From Rubripirellula sp. (GTDB lineage: Bacteria; Planctomycetota; Planctomycetia; Pirellulales; Pirellulaceae): 64,000 nt of DNA. The DNA lies in assembly GCA_965216875.1 (NCBI GenBank), contig OZ244207.1:7072001-7136000 (forward strand), in the 5' to 3' direction. The position numbers and the translations under genes were made by a program. The notes beneath the pieces were generated by a model. That model had not been told where the DNA came from and did not search any database. It saw only the letters and a program-made list of their open reading frames with translations. The first letter of the stretch is position 1. Each line of letters opens with the position of its first letter. Below are positions 20,440-28,529 of the stretch, piece by piece.

Positions 20440-20835
20440 CGCCACTTCTTTGTGCCGCATCGACCGAATGAACGCGCCGATGGCCGCAACACTGTAGCTG
20501 GGGACCATCAAAAACAGCGCGGTGAGCGGGGCAAACATGGCGGTCGCGAAACCTGCCATCAGTTCAGCGGGTTTGGGCGTCGATCCGCTCATGGCCATGA
20601 CTTGCATCGATGCGATCATGCCTTGAAACGCAGCGAACAGTCCAATCATCAGAGGCACGTTCACGATCAGGACAAGCGCTGCGGCCGACATTGGTCCGCG
20701 GCCTCGAACCAAGATCACAATCGTCAGCACAAAGCTCACCAATGCTGCGAAAAACAAAGCAGCGGTGTAAAAGAATCCGAGTGACTGGAACGTCATCGAA
20801 AGGAACGACTGCGGGACTGCTTCGGAGGATGCCAT
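20434..20835 (-). CDS. Small membrane protein (MotA/TolQ/ExbB-like helices)
   Basis: Three hydrophobic helices; PLMIGLFAAFQGMIASM..LMAGFATAM resembles the ExbB/TolQ TM pattern. Confidence 0.6.
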   Translation of the reverse strand: MASSEAVPQSFLSMTFQSLGFFYTAALFFAALVSFVLTIVILVRGRGPMSAAALVLIVNVPLMIGLFAAFQGMIASMQVMAMSGSTPKPAELMAGFATAMFAPLTALFLMVPSYSVAAIGAFIRSMRHKEVAS

Positions 20836-20868
20836 GGTGGTGATTCCAGATGCTTCGGGTCGCGTGGC

Positions 20869-21795
20869 TTAGGTGACAAGCCCCTTGGTGACTGTCATGA
20901 AGACGTCTTCAAGTGTCGGGTCGCGATCATTAAAGGATCGCATCCGTACGCCTTCGCGAATGAGTTGTTCCATCAGTGCGGCCAAGCCTTCATCGTCGGT
21001 CTCCAACTCGGCGACCACGCCCGTTGGTTCCATTTCGAGCGAACGCAAGTCGGGGCTGCTGCGCAGAATCGACATTCCAGCTTCCTCGCCTGAGATGAAT
21101 TGGATCTCGACGATTCGGTTGCGACGAATCTGGCGATAGACGCTGTCGATGGGGCCGTGCATCAACAGTTGGCCGCGTTCGATGATGCCGATCGACGTAC
21201 AACAGTCGGCGAGTTCGGTCAAAATGTGACTGCTGATCAAGATGGTTTTGCCCATCTTGCGAAGTTCCTTCAACAGCGCTTTGACTTCGACACGTGCGCG
21301 TGGATCGAGGCCACTGGCAGGTTCGTCAAGGATCAGCACCGGTGGGTCATGGACAAGTGTCTTTGCCAAGCAGAGCCGTTGTTTCATCCCGCGCGACAAG
21401 CCGTTGACGAAGTCGTCGCGTTTGTGGGTGAGATCAAGCAACTCGAGAACGTTGTCAATGATCTGTTTGCGTTCGGTGCGTCCGATTCGATAGGCAACGG
21501 CAAAGAAGTCGAGGAATTCCCAGACTCGCATGCCGTCATAAACGCCAAAGTTGTCGGGCATGTACCCGACCGCTTGGCGAACGCCGACGGGATCGCCCAT
21601 CACATCGCATCCGGCAACGGTGCCATTGCCTCGACTCGCGCGCAGCAGCGTTGCCAGGAACCGAATCGTGGTGCTCTTCCCTGCACCATTGGGGCCGATG
21701 AAACCGAAGGTCTCACCCGCTTCGATGTTTAAGTCAATCGACTCGACCGCAGTGAAATCACCGTAGTCTTTTCCAAACCCGGTCAACGTGATCAT
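20869..21795 (-). CDS. ABC transporter ATP-binding protein
   Basis: Walker A GPNGAGKST, signature LSRGMKQR, Walker B LILDEP, ISSHIL. Confidence 0.96.
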   Translation of the reverse strand: MITLTGFGKDYGDFTAVESIDLNIEAGETFGFIGPNGAGKSTTIRFLATLLRASRGNGTVAGCDVMGDPVGVRQAVGYMPDNFGVYDGMRVWEFLDFFAVAYRIGRTERKQIIDNVLELLDLTHKRDDFVNGLSRGMKQRLCLAKTLVHDPPVLILDEPASGLDPRARVEVKALLKELRKMGKTILISSHILTELADCCTSIGIIERGQLLMHGPIDSVYRQIRRNRIVEIQFISGEEAGMSILRSSPDLRSLEMEPTGVVAELETDDEGLAALMEQLIREGVRMRSFNDRDPTLEDVFMTVTKGLVT

Positions 21796-24152
21796 TGACT
21801 GTCGTCCTGTTGCTCGTCGTCGAGTTCACGGCCAATCGCCGCGCGAAATTGCGAAATCAGATTCTTGTCTTTTTGTGGCTTGGCTGTGGGCGCGTGCTTC
21901 AGATGAGCCAGTACGACGGTTTGCGCGTCCACTTGGCTGGCGTCCGGTGTGACCGTCATGCCAGGCATCGAACCGTCAATGCGTCCCACCAGCCGCATTG
22001 AGTTGTCGGGCATCGCATCGGCGTTGCAAAGGCGCGTGATCGGACGAATCGTTTGCATCGGAGGTTCATCCAGGATCTGCGGAGCTTCAATGTCTTTGAA
22101 TCGCAACTTGGCTGTTGATCCTGGCGTGAATGCGCCGACCGTGGCAATCCGCAGTTTTCCGTCCGTCTTTTCGACCACAAACGCATCGAACAGTTCGTGG
22201 TTGGATTGGTTGATCAAATCGCCGTTGGCACTGATTTCAATCGAGCCACCGATGTCGATCATTTGCTCGGTGTGGATGACACGCGTTTTGTTTGAATCGA
22301 TCGCCAATCCGGCCAAGATCGGTCCCTCGGCAAACGACGTGCGAAACGTCGGTACGTTTTCGTCACCATCACTGATTGGGAGTGCGACGCCATCAATCGA
22401 ACCGAATTCAACGTCGTAGGTGCTCGACAACGAGTTGTAGATTGCCATCACGCGAGTGAGGTGGCCACGTTGGTAATTCGGTTGCAGTTCAAGCAAGGCG
22501 ATCTCGGTTTGCTTTCTCGCAAATCCGATATCAAGTCGTGCCGCTCGCGCAACCCAGACGGCACCACCGATCGCGATCAAAGGGACTGCCAACCAGGCGT
22601 ATTCAAGACGACCGAGCAGTCGGAACACCAGGTAGTTGATCGGCACCAGAATCAACAAGTAGTAACCGAGCGACCGCACGACCAGCGAAACATCGGGGAT
22701 CTCGATTCCCGATTCACTGCTGAGGATTTCGCGGCAGAGCAAGACCGCGTCGCTGCGCGGGTTCCAGCCGCCGATACCGGCGGCACCTTGAACGGATGAA
22801 AGCGGGTCGAGTCGGCTTGGGCTGGCATGGGTCGATGTTTGCCCGCGAATCTTTGATGGCAAGATGGCATCACGTGCCGCAATGCGAAACTTGGTGTTGA
22901 TGGCGGGGTCGGATCGCATCGCAGGAAAATCGCTGTAACGCTGCGCGATGATCGCGATTTCGGTGGCGTCTTCACTGCGTAGGAACTCGCGGCGCGGCCG
23001 TCCTAGGATCGCGCTGTTGATAAAACTGTCGTACGATTCCCAGCTCGCCATCCAATCACTGGTGATGTCGAACCGCGGCTGCATCACTCGGCCGCGTCCC
23101 ACACGCCGGGTCACAATCAATTGGCCGGTGTCGTCAATCGCGACAAGGTCGTCTGCGGGCGTCCCATCGACGGCGACGCGACTTGCTTGGCTCTTGAGCT
23201 GTGCGATCTGCTTTTCGGTCGACGAGTCCTCTTTGACGGCCCAGCTGTTCAACAATTCCGTAGCGGCATCGCTGTCCAATTCGATATTGCTGCTTGGTGT
23301 CAGTGGCAACAGGTCTGCGAGCGAGGTTTGCACAATCGAATTGCTGGCCGGTGCACCGTTGACGACAAGCAGACCGCCAAAGTGAACCCAATCGGCAAGT
23401 GCCTGTTGCTGGTCCGGAGTCAACGCGTCCGGTGAAAGGTCGTCCCAAAACACCACAGCGGTACTGGTCCAATCAAGCATCGTCTCCGAAAGTGGCAACA
23501 AGTCTTTTGTTGGTGGAAAGACAAGTCGATAGTTGATCGCCGGCCGATTACTGAACTCGAACGACTCGTCCCGAAAGGGTCTTGCCCAATAGGAGGTCTG
23601 GAATCGCGCGAACCGTTCGGGTCGCGACGTCAGGACGACAAAGAAATACTCTTCAGGCAGCATTGCGTTGATCGGTTGCTTACCCGTGTCGTAAAACACT
23701 GCCCGACCAGCCGAAACGAACCGGCTGCTCAAGAAGATGCGGCGCTGATCTTGGTTGCCGACGATTGGCGCCAACAGCCGATAGTCGAATCGCCTTTGTT
23801 GACCTTTCGGCAAGACGATCGGTCGCAGCGATTCGACGTCGCCGCGGACACCTTGTGTTTCGCCCGACTGGAAGTTGGAGCTCGATCCGGAAACCTGGCT
23901 TTGCAATTGGCCGCGCGCGTCGACCTTGTTGCTCTTGAGCGATTGTGATGCGGTCAGCCAGTGACCAGGTTTGACGCCATTGCCCGAAGGGGCCGAGTCA
24001 CCGGGAAAGGGAATCGCTGGACGTGATGAAAAGTCCTCAATCGGCGCATCAGGCTTGTTGGGATCTTCATCTTCAGAATCGCGACGGCATCCCTCGCAAC
24101 CAACCACAAGCGGCAAGCAAAGGAGCGCGAGCAAATAGGGGACGCGCGGCAT
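21792..24152 (-). CDS. Large membrane/lipoprotein, translationally coupled to the ABC ATPase
   Basis: Lipobox-like LVVG-C, two internal TM helices (YYLLILVPINYLVF; YAWLAVPLIAIGGAVW), ATGA overlap with the ATPase gene. Confidence 0.8.
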   Translation of the reverse strand: MPRVPYLLALLCLPLVVGCEGCRRDSEDEDPNKPDAPIEDFSSRPAIPFPGDSAPSGNGVKPGHWLTASQSLKSNKVDARGQLQSQVSGSSSNFQSGETQGVRGDVESLRPIVLPKGQQRRFDYRLLAPIVGNQDQRRIFLSSRFVSAGRAVFYDTGKQPINAMLPEEYFFVVLTSRPERFARFQTSYWARPFRDESFEFSNRPAINYRLVFPPTKDLLPLSETMLDWTSTAVVFWDDLSPDALTPDQQQALADWVHFGGLLVVNGAPASNSIVQTSLADLLPLTPSSNIELDSDAATELLNSWAVKEDSSTEKQIAQLKSQASRVAVDGTPADDLVAIDDTGQLIVTRRVGRGRVMQPRFDITSDWMASWESYDSFINSAILGRPRREFLRSEDATEIAIIAQRYSDFPAMRSDPAINTKFRIAARDAILPSKIRGQTSTHASPSRLDPLSSVQGAAGIGGWNPRSDAVLLCREILSSESGIEIPDVSLVVRSLGYYLLILVPINYLVFRLLGRLEYAWLAVPLIAIGGAVWVARAARLDIGFARKQTEIALLELQPNYQRGHLTRVMAIYNSLSSTYDVEFGSIDGVALPISDGDENVPTFRTSFAEGPILAGLAIDSNKTRVIHTEQMIDIGGSIEISANGDLINQSNHELFDAFVVEKTDGKLRIATVGAFTPGSTAKLRFKDIEAPQILDEPPMQTIRPITRLCNADAMPDNSMRLVGRIDGSMPGMTVTPDASQVDAQTVVLAHLKHAPTAKPQKDKNLISQFRAAIGRELDDEQQDDSQ

Positions 24153-24373
24153 TAGCAGGAATGTCGTTGGGGCAAAGGAGCAAACAAAAGAGGCCAATCA
24201 CGATGGATCTAGCATACGGCACCCACGGGGGGCTGTCGACTTTTCGGTCACCGGCATGCCACCAGTCCTAGCTTTCAAGCGTTTTGAAATTTGGGAAACC
24301 GGTGAACCCAAATTCTAAGGGCAAAGCCAAAGGAGGACGTAAAAAGTTGGTCACGTCTGGGACCGAGCAACAT

Positions 24374-24408
24374 TGGGTGTTGCGTGTTTTGCCGACTCGC
24401 AACACCCA
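24374..24408. terminator. Perfect 11-bp stem hairpin downstream of the 108-aa gene
   Basis: TGGGTGTTGCG-13 nt-CGCAACACCCA; no clear U-tract. Confidence 0.4.
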
Positions 24409-24476
24409 TATCGCGGCTCAGAAGAAAGAGCTTTTTGGGAGAATGAGAACGTGTGTTTGAGAAGAGGTCGCCGAGT

Positions 24477-24803
24477 CTACCAGCCCATCACCATGTTGGA
24501 TTCAATTGCTTTTCGAGCATGCTCGAGGTCGCTGCCCGTTTCCATTCGATAAAGACGAATCGCGTTGACTTTGTCACCAGCCGATTTGCTCAAGCATTCG
24601 CGAGCAACGGTGCATGGATCCATTTGCGTTGTGGTGAGTCCTAACGCGCCTTTGCTGATCACCCAGGTGTCACGCGGGCGTTTGGTTAACCGGACCACTT
24701 CGTCGTTCGGGTAGGAATCGAGCACCACCTCTCGCGCCGAAGATTCGTCTTCGGCCCAGGTGATGATGATGTGTGAATCGGTTTCAATTTCGTATAGCGG
24801 CAT
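24477..24803 (-). CDS. Conserved planctomycete small protein (DUF6793-like)
   Basis: GGAG SD upstream; MPLYEIETDSHIIITWA N-terminus; C-terminal KVNAIRLYRMETGSDLEHARKAIE resembles the L7/L12 C-terminal motif. Confidence 0.8.
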   Translation of the reverse strand: MPLYEIETDSHIIITWAEDESSAREVVLDSYPNDEVVRLTKRPRDTWVISKGALGLTTTQMDPCTVARECLSKSAGDKVNAIRLYRMETGSDLEHARKAIESNMVMGW

Positions 24804-25180
24804 GGCTCGACTCCTTCAATATGAATGGCGATAGAAGGCCGGCAGCTGGGCAGCCGCCAGCCCATCCAGCATACCGGGGTCCCCGATCGATGCAAAGTTT
24901 TTGGCTTGCTAGGGGGGCATATCTTTTCTGTGAGCCGAACACGCTCGCTTGGCTCACGAGAGTTCCAGTAATCACCCTCCCGCTTGTGGGAGGGTCGGAC
25001 GCAAAGTCCGGGGAGGGAATGAGCGGTAAAAGACAGACCCTCTCCGTGCCATCGAGCCAGGGTCAGAGAGTTCGGTTCTGCCCGGGGCTGCGGACTTCAG
25101 CAATGGCCGCACGTCTAGAAAAAGGCTGAGGGAGCACCGGCAGCGCCGATAGAGGCTCGGTTGCACCTGGTTGCCCAGTC

Positions 25181-25255
25181 CAAAGGGCTCAAGCGCAAAT
25201 GGATCCAATACAAAGGGATCCGGTGCAAATGGATCCAGTACAAATGGATCGGGCG
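25181..25255. repeat. 15-bp tandem repeat x5
   Basis: CAAAGGGCTCAAGCG / CAAATGGATCCAATA / CAAAGGGATCCGGTG / CAAATGGATCCAGTA / CAAATGGATCGGGCG. Confidence 0.8.
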
Positions 25256-25275
25256 GAAATCAATTCCGGGGGAGG

Positions 25276-25446
25276 TTATCGATTCAGCGCCGTGCCTTTG
25301 AGGCACAGGAAGCCGAAAGCGACCGCACAGGCCGAGACAACACCCCACTGGGTTGTGTCCATCGAATTGAAATAGCGGACCAGCTCTCCCCAGGCGGAGA
25401 AAAACCAGTCGGTAACCGAGAACCGTGCAAGGAGTTCGAATTGCAT
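25276..25446 (-). CDS. Small membrane protein (56 aa)
   Basis: ATG at 25446 with AGG upstream; single C-terminal hydrophobic helix (QWGVVSACAVAFGFLCLKG). Confidence 0.65.
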   Translation of the reverse strand: MQFELLARFSVTDWFFSAWGELVRYFNSMDTTQWGVVSACAVAFGFLCLKGTALNR

Positions 25447-25685
25447 GACGAACCTGTCTAAGGAATGAGTGTCATTCTTCAAGTGGACGGCGAAAATCGG
25501 CGCAGACACGCGCAGGATCTCCCGTCTGGCAAAGGTAGGTCGCAGTGGGGCGCCGTCATGCTTTTGACAGCGTTGTGGCGAAAAAGACCAACCGGAACGA
25601 ATTGTGAAGGCGGCACAGCCGTTACGACCGAATCGAACGGTCGTGAAAAAGTGCCGATTGCCGATCAATAAGGCTCAGGGCGGCC

Positions 25686-25713
25686 TTGCGGGCAAACCGA
25701 CTGTAGATATAAT
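25686..25713 (+). promoter_or_regulatory. Sigma-70-type promoter of tRNA-Asp
   Basis: TTGCGG-16 nt-TATAAT, ending 22 nt before the tRNA. Confidence 0.7.
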
Positions 25714-25735
25714 TCGCCCTCTCACATAGCCAAAA

Positions 25736-25809
25736 GGCGCGGTAGCTCAATTGGTTAGAGCCCCGGACTGTCGATCCGGAGGTTGCGGGTTCGAGTCCCG
25801 TCCGCGTCG
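25736..25809 (+). tRNA. tRNA-Asp (GTC), CCA not encoded
   Basis: Cloverleaf: acceptor GGCGCGG/CCGCGTC, D arm GCTC/GAGC, anticodon stem CCGGA-CTGTCGA-TCCGG, T arm GCGGG-TTCGAGT-CCCGT. Confidence 0.97.
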
Positions 25810-25815
25810 CTTTCG

Positions 25816-25852
25816 AAAAACCTCGTTGCATTCATTTGCGACGAGGTTTTTT
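25816..25852 (+). terminator. Rho-independent terminator after tRNA-Asp
   Basis: AAAAA-CCTCGTTGCA-loop-TGCGACGAGG-TTTTTT. Confidence 0.9.
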
Positions 25853-26044
25853 CGTTGTCTCGCACACACTTTTCTTGCGACGGACCTGAACAAGACCATC
25901 CGGGCCGCCAGGAATCGGCCGTTCCGCGCGCGGGCTGCAGGCCGTGCCCCTGGGGTTTCAACGCGGTGTCCCTCGTGATTCGACGCAGGGGCATCGTGAG
26001 TCAACGCAGGGGGAGCGGACCATCAATTCGGCGGACAGATTGCA

Positions 26045-26281
26045 GTGGCCAAAAGCAGCCTATTGACGACCGTCGGAATCGTATTGGTCCTGCTTTCGGG
26101 GGTCTGTTTTTTCACGCTCCTGGCCGTTCCCTTCTTTTCGTTGTCGGCTGCCAAAAAGGGAATGCTTGGCGGGGCACTCTTCGTCGGTGTCCAAACCTTT
26201 TGGTGGGTTGGCGTCGCGCTGATGGGGCCGGCTGCCGCCAAGAGGGTTCGTGCGTTCTTTCGCCGCACAACGGATGAGTGA
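26045..26281 (+). CDS. Small two-TM membrane protein (transporter-suffix-domain-like)
   Basis: Two hydrophobic helices, QTFWWVGVALMG motif, basic tail. Confidence 0.65.
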   Translation: MAKSSLLTTVGIVLVLLSGVCFFTLLAVPFFSLSAAKKGMLGGALFVGVQTFWWVGVALMGPAAAKRVRAFFRRTTDE

Positions 26282-26385
26282 GCCGAACGCGCTAGCGTCG
26301 GGCCTTACACTCTCTTCCCCAAATCGCTGGGCCGAATCTCGCTGGGCCCAATCTCGCTGGGCCCGACGCTAACGCGTGCGGCTCA
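26278..26385. repeat. REP family A inverted doublet enclosing a 15-bp tandem repeat
   Basis: A copy at 26278-26304; AATCTCGCTGGGCCC about x3 running into a second, inverted A copy at 26360-26385. Confidence 0.85.
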
Positions 26386-26404
26386 GGTGTTCGGATCGCA
26401 AAGG

Positions 26405-26953
26405 CTATTTGTTTGTGTGCCGAACCGGCATCGAAATCACCAATCCAGCCGTGCGGTCTCGGGTACTGTTGCGATTCTTGACGTGGCACTTGAGGCATTG
26501 TGATTTCAAGCGGATTGCACCGGCGAAACGATAACGGTCCCCGCTGATTTGCTCGTGAAACGTTTTGCCTGCCGCGAGCTGGTCGACCGCTTCGTTTTCA
26601 AAATCGTCCTCCGGCAAATGGTCGGCATTGAGCACATCCGTCTTGACGTTGAGCCACTTGATGTCGACTCGAAAGGATCTCGCCATTTCATGGAACACGT
26701 CTTCGAGGGAGGCCGAGGGGATCTCACGCGTTTTCTCGTCGTCAAAGAAGTCTCGGTGCACCACCTGAAGCGTCCCGTGAATCATCTCGTGCAACATCTG
26801 GGCGCGGCCGCGCGCTTCAGCAGCCGACGCGGGAGCTCGGAATGGTTTCTGCGCGAGTGACGGATCACTCGGCGATTCGCCACTGGAGAATGAGCACGTT
26901 GTGGCCATGACGACGGAAACCATGACGAACAACAACAAGGTTAGACGTTGCAT
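26405..26953 (-). CDS. Exported DUF3365-like c-type heme protein
   Basis: Signal peptide, NADHLPEDDFE, RFAGAIRL..CLKCH..AGLVISMP. Confidence 0.8.
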   Translation of the reverse strand: MQRLTLLLFVMVSVVMATTCSFSSGESPSDPSLAQKPFRAPASAAEARGRAQMLHEMIHGTLQVVHRDFFDDEKTREIPSASLEDVFHEMARSFRVDIKWLNVKTDVLNADHLPEDDFENEAVDQLAAGKTFHEQISGDRYRFAGAIRLKSQCLKCHVKNRNSTRDRTAGLVISMPVRHTNK

Positions 26954-27072
26954 GGAGAAGCTCTCGCACCAAGATCGCGACTTGTGGTTACGTGACGTTC
27001 ACCATGATAGGCCCGAGGCGGCTTGATCTCGATCGATAGTCCGAGCGACCGATCGTCGCAGCACACTTGCGG

Positions 27073-28515
27073 CTAGGCAAGGATTTCGTTGATCACCTTG
27101 CCCGCCACATCGGTCAGGCGATAGCTGCGACCGTTGTGGAAATAGGTGAGTCGCTCGTGGTCGATGCCGAGAAGGTGCAGCATGGTCGCGTGCAAGTCGT
27201 TGACGCTGACCGGGTTTTCAACCGCCTCATAACCGATCTCGTCAGTAGCGCCGTAGCTAACGCCCCCTTTGATTCCCGCACCGGCCATCCATTGCATGAA
27301 GCCCTTGGGGTTGTGATCACGGCCTTTGCCGTTTTGCGAGATCGGCATTCGGCCAAATTCGCCGCCCCATATCACGAGCGTCGAATCGAGCAAACCGCGG
27401 GCTTCGAGATCCGAGAGCAGGCCGGCAACAGGAACGTCGGTCGCCGCGCAGTGATGCGTATGGTTTTCTTCAAGATTGTCGTGGGCGTCCCATTCGCCGT
27501 CGCTATAAACCTGGACGAAACGGACGCCACTTTCGACGAGTCGCCGCGCCATCAAGCACTTGGATCCGAACGATTTTGATCGCGGTTGATCGATCCCGTA
27601 CAGCTTGTGGGTTTCTTTTGATTCGCGCGCTAGGTCGACGACTTCGGTGGCCTCTTTCTGCATGCGAAACGCGAGCTCGAACGATTGCATTCGGTTTGCG
27701 AACTCGGCATCGTCACGATGGCGCTGCATGTGTTGGTCATTCAGCTCGGCCATGAGGTCAAGTTGCGCTCGCTGGTCTTGTTTGGTGATCGTCGGTTGTC
27801 GGTTGAGATTCAGAACCGGTGTACCTTGCGATCGAAACAGCGTTCCCTGGAACGTCGACGGCAAAAAGCCAGCACCCCAGTTGTGCGGCCCACCCTTGGC
27901 ACCGTGTGTGTTCCCCATCACCACGTAGCCGGGCAAGTTCTGGTTCTCGCTGCCAAGCCCATAAGTCACCCACGCGCCTGCGGTCGGGAAACCGGGACGC
28001 GGTAGCCCACTGTTGATCTGGTAGATCGCGGGGACATGGTCATTCGATTCGCTGTAACACGATTTGATCATCGCCATCTTGTCGACGTGTTTGGCGACGT
28101 TGGTGTATTTGTCGCAAACCCACTGCCCGCATTCGCCGTACTGTTTGAACGAATACGGCGACTTCATCAACGGACCGGGATTGCCAAAGAAGGCTTGAAT
28201 GTCAGTCGATTGCCCATCACGTTTGTCGAGCGCAGGCTTGGGATCAAACATGTCGACGGCACTCGGCGCACCTTCCATGAAGAGCCAAATGATCGACTTT
28301 GCTTTGGCGGCAAAGTGACCCGGGCGTGGGCTTAGCGACGTGACAGGCTGGGATGTCGAATCCGTTTGCGGTGCTGCGAGCAAACCTTGGTCGGAAAGGA
28401 GCCCCGCGAGACCAATCATTCCTGCGCCACCGCCCGCGCGTCCGAGCCACTGGCGGCGACTAAGCAAATTGGCGACACGGCCACAAGGAAATGGGGAAGC
28501 GTTCTTTTTGGACAT
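27073..28515 (-). CDS. DUF1501 family protein (Tat signal)
   Basis: SRRQWL Tat motif, AKSIIWLFMEGAPSAVDMFDPKP, CLMARRLVESGVRFVQ, GEFGRMP, GRDHNP. Confidence 0.93.
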   Translation of the reverse strand: MSKKNASPFPCGRVANLLSRRQWLGRAGGGAGMIGLAGLLSDQGLLAAPQTDSTSQPVTSLSPRPGHFAAKAKSIIWLFMEGAPSAVDMFDPKPALDKRDGQSTDIQAFFGNPGPLMKSPYSFKQYGECGQWVCDKYTNVAKHVDKMAMIKSCYSESNDHVPAIYQINSGLPRPGFPTAGAWVTYGLGSENQNLPGYVVMGNTHGAKGGPHNWGAGFLPSTFQGTLFRSQGTPVLNLNRQPTITKQDQRAQLDLMAELNDQHMQRHRDDAEFANRMQSFELAFRMQKEATEVVDLARESKETHKLYGIDQPRSKSFGSKCLMARRLVESGVRFVQVYSDGEWDAHDNLEENHTHHCAATDVPVAGLLSDLEARGLLDSTLVIWGGEFGRMPISQNGKGRDHNPKGFMQWMAGAGIKGGVSYGATDEIGYEAVENPVSVNDLHATMLHLLGIDHERLTYFHNGRSYRLTDVAGKVINEILA

Positions 28516-28529
28516 GGTGGAAAAATCAC

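Noticed and set aside
25171..25461. 96-aa ORF with GS-rich repeats
   Set aside because: It arises from the 15-bp tandem repeat and overlaps the more plausible 56-aa minus-strand gene.
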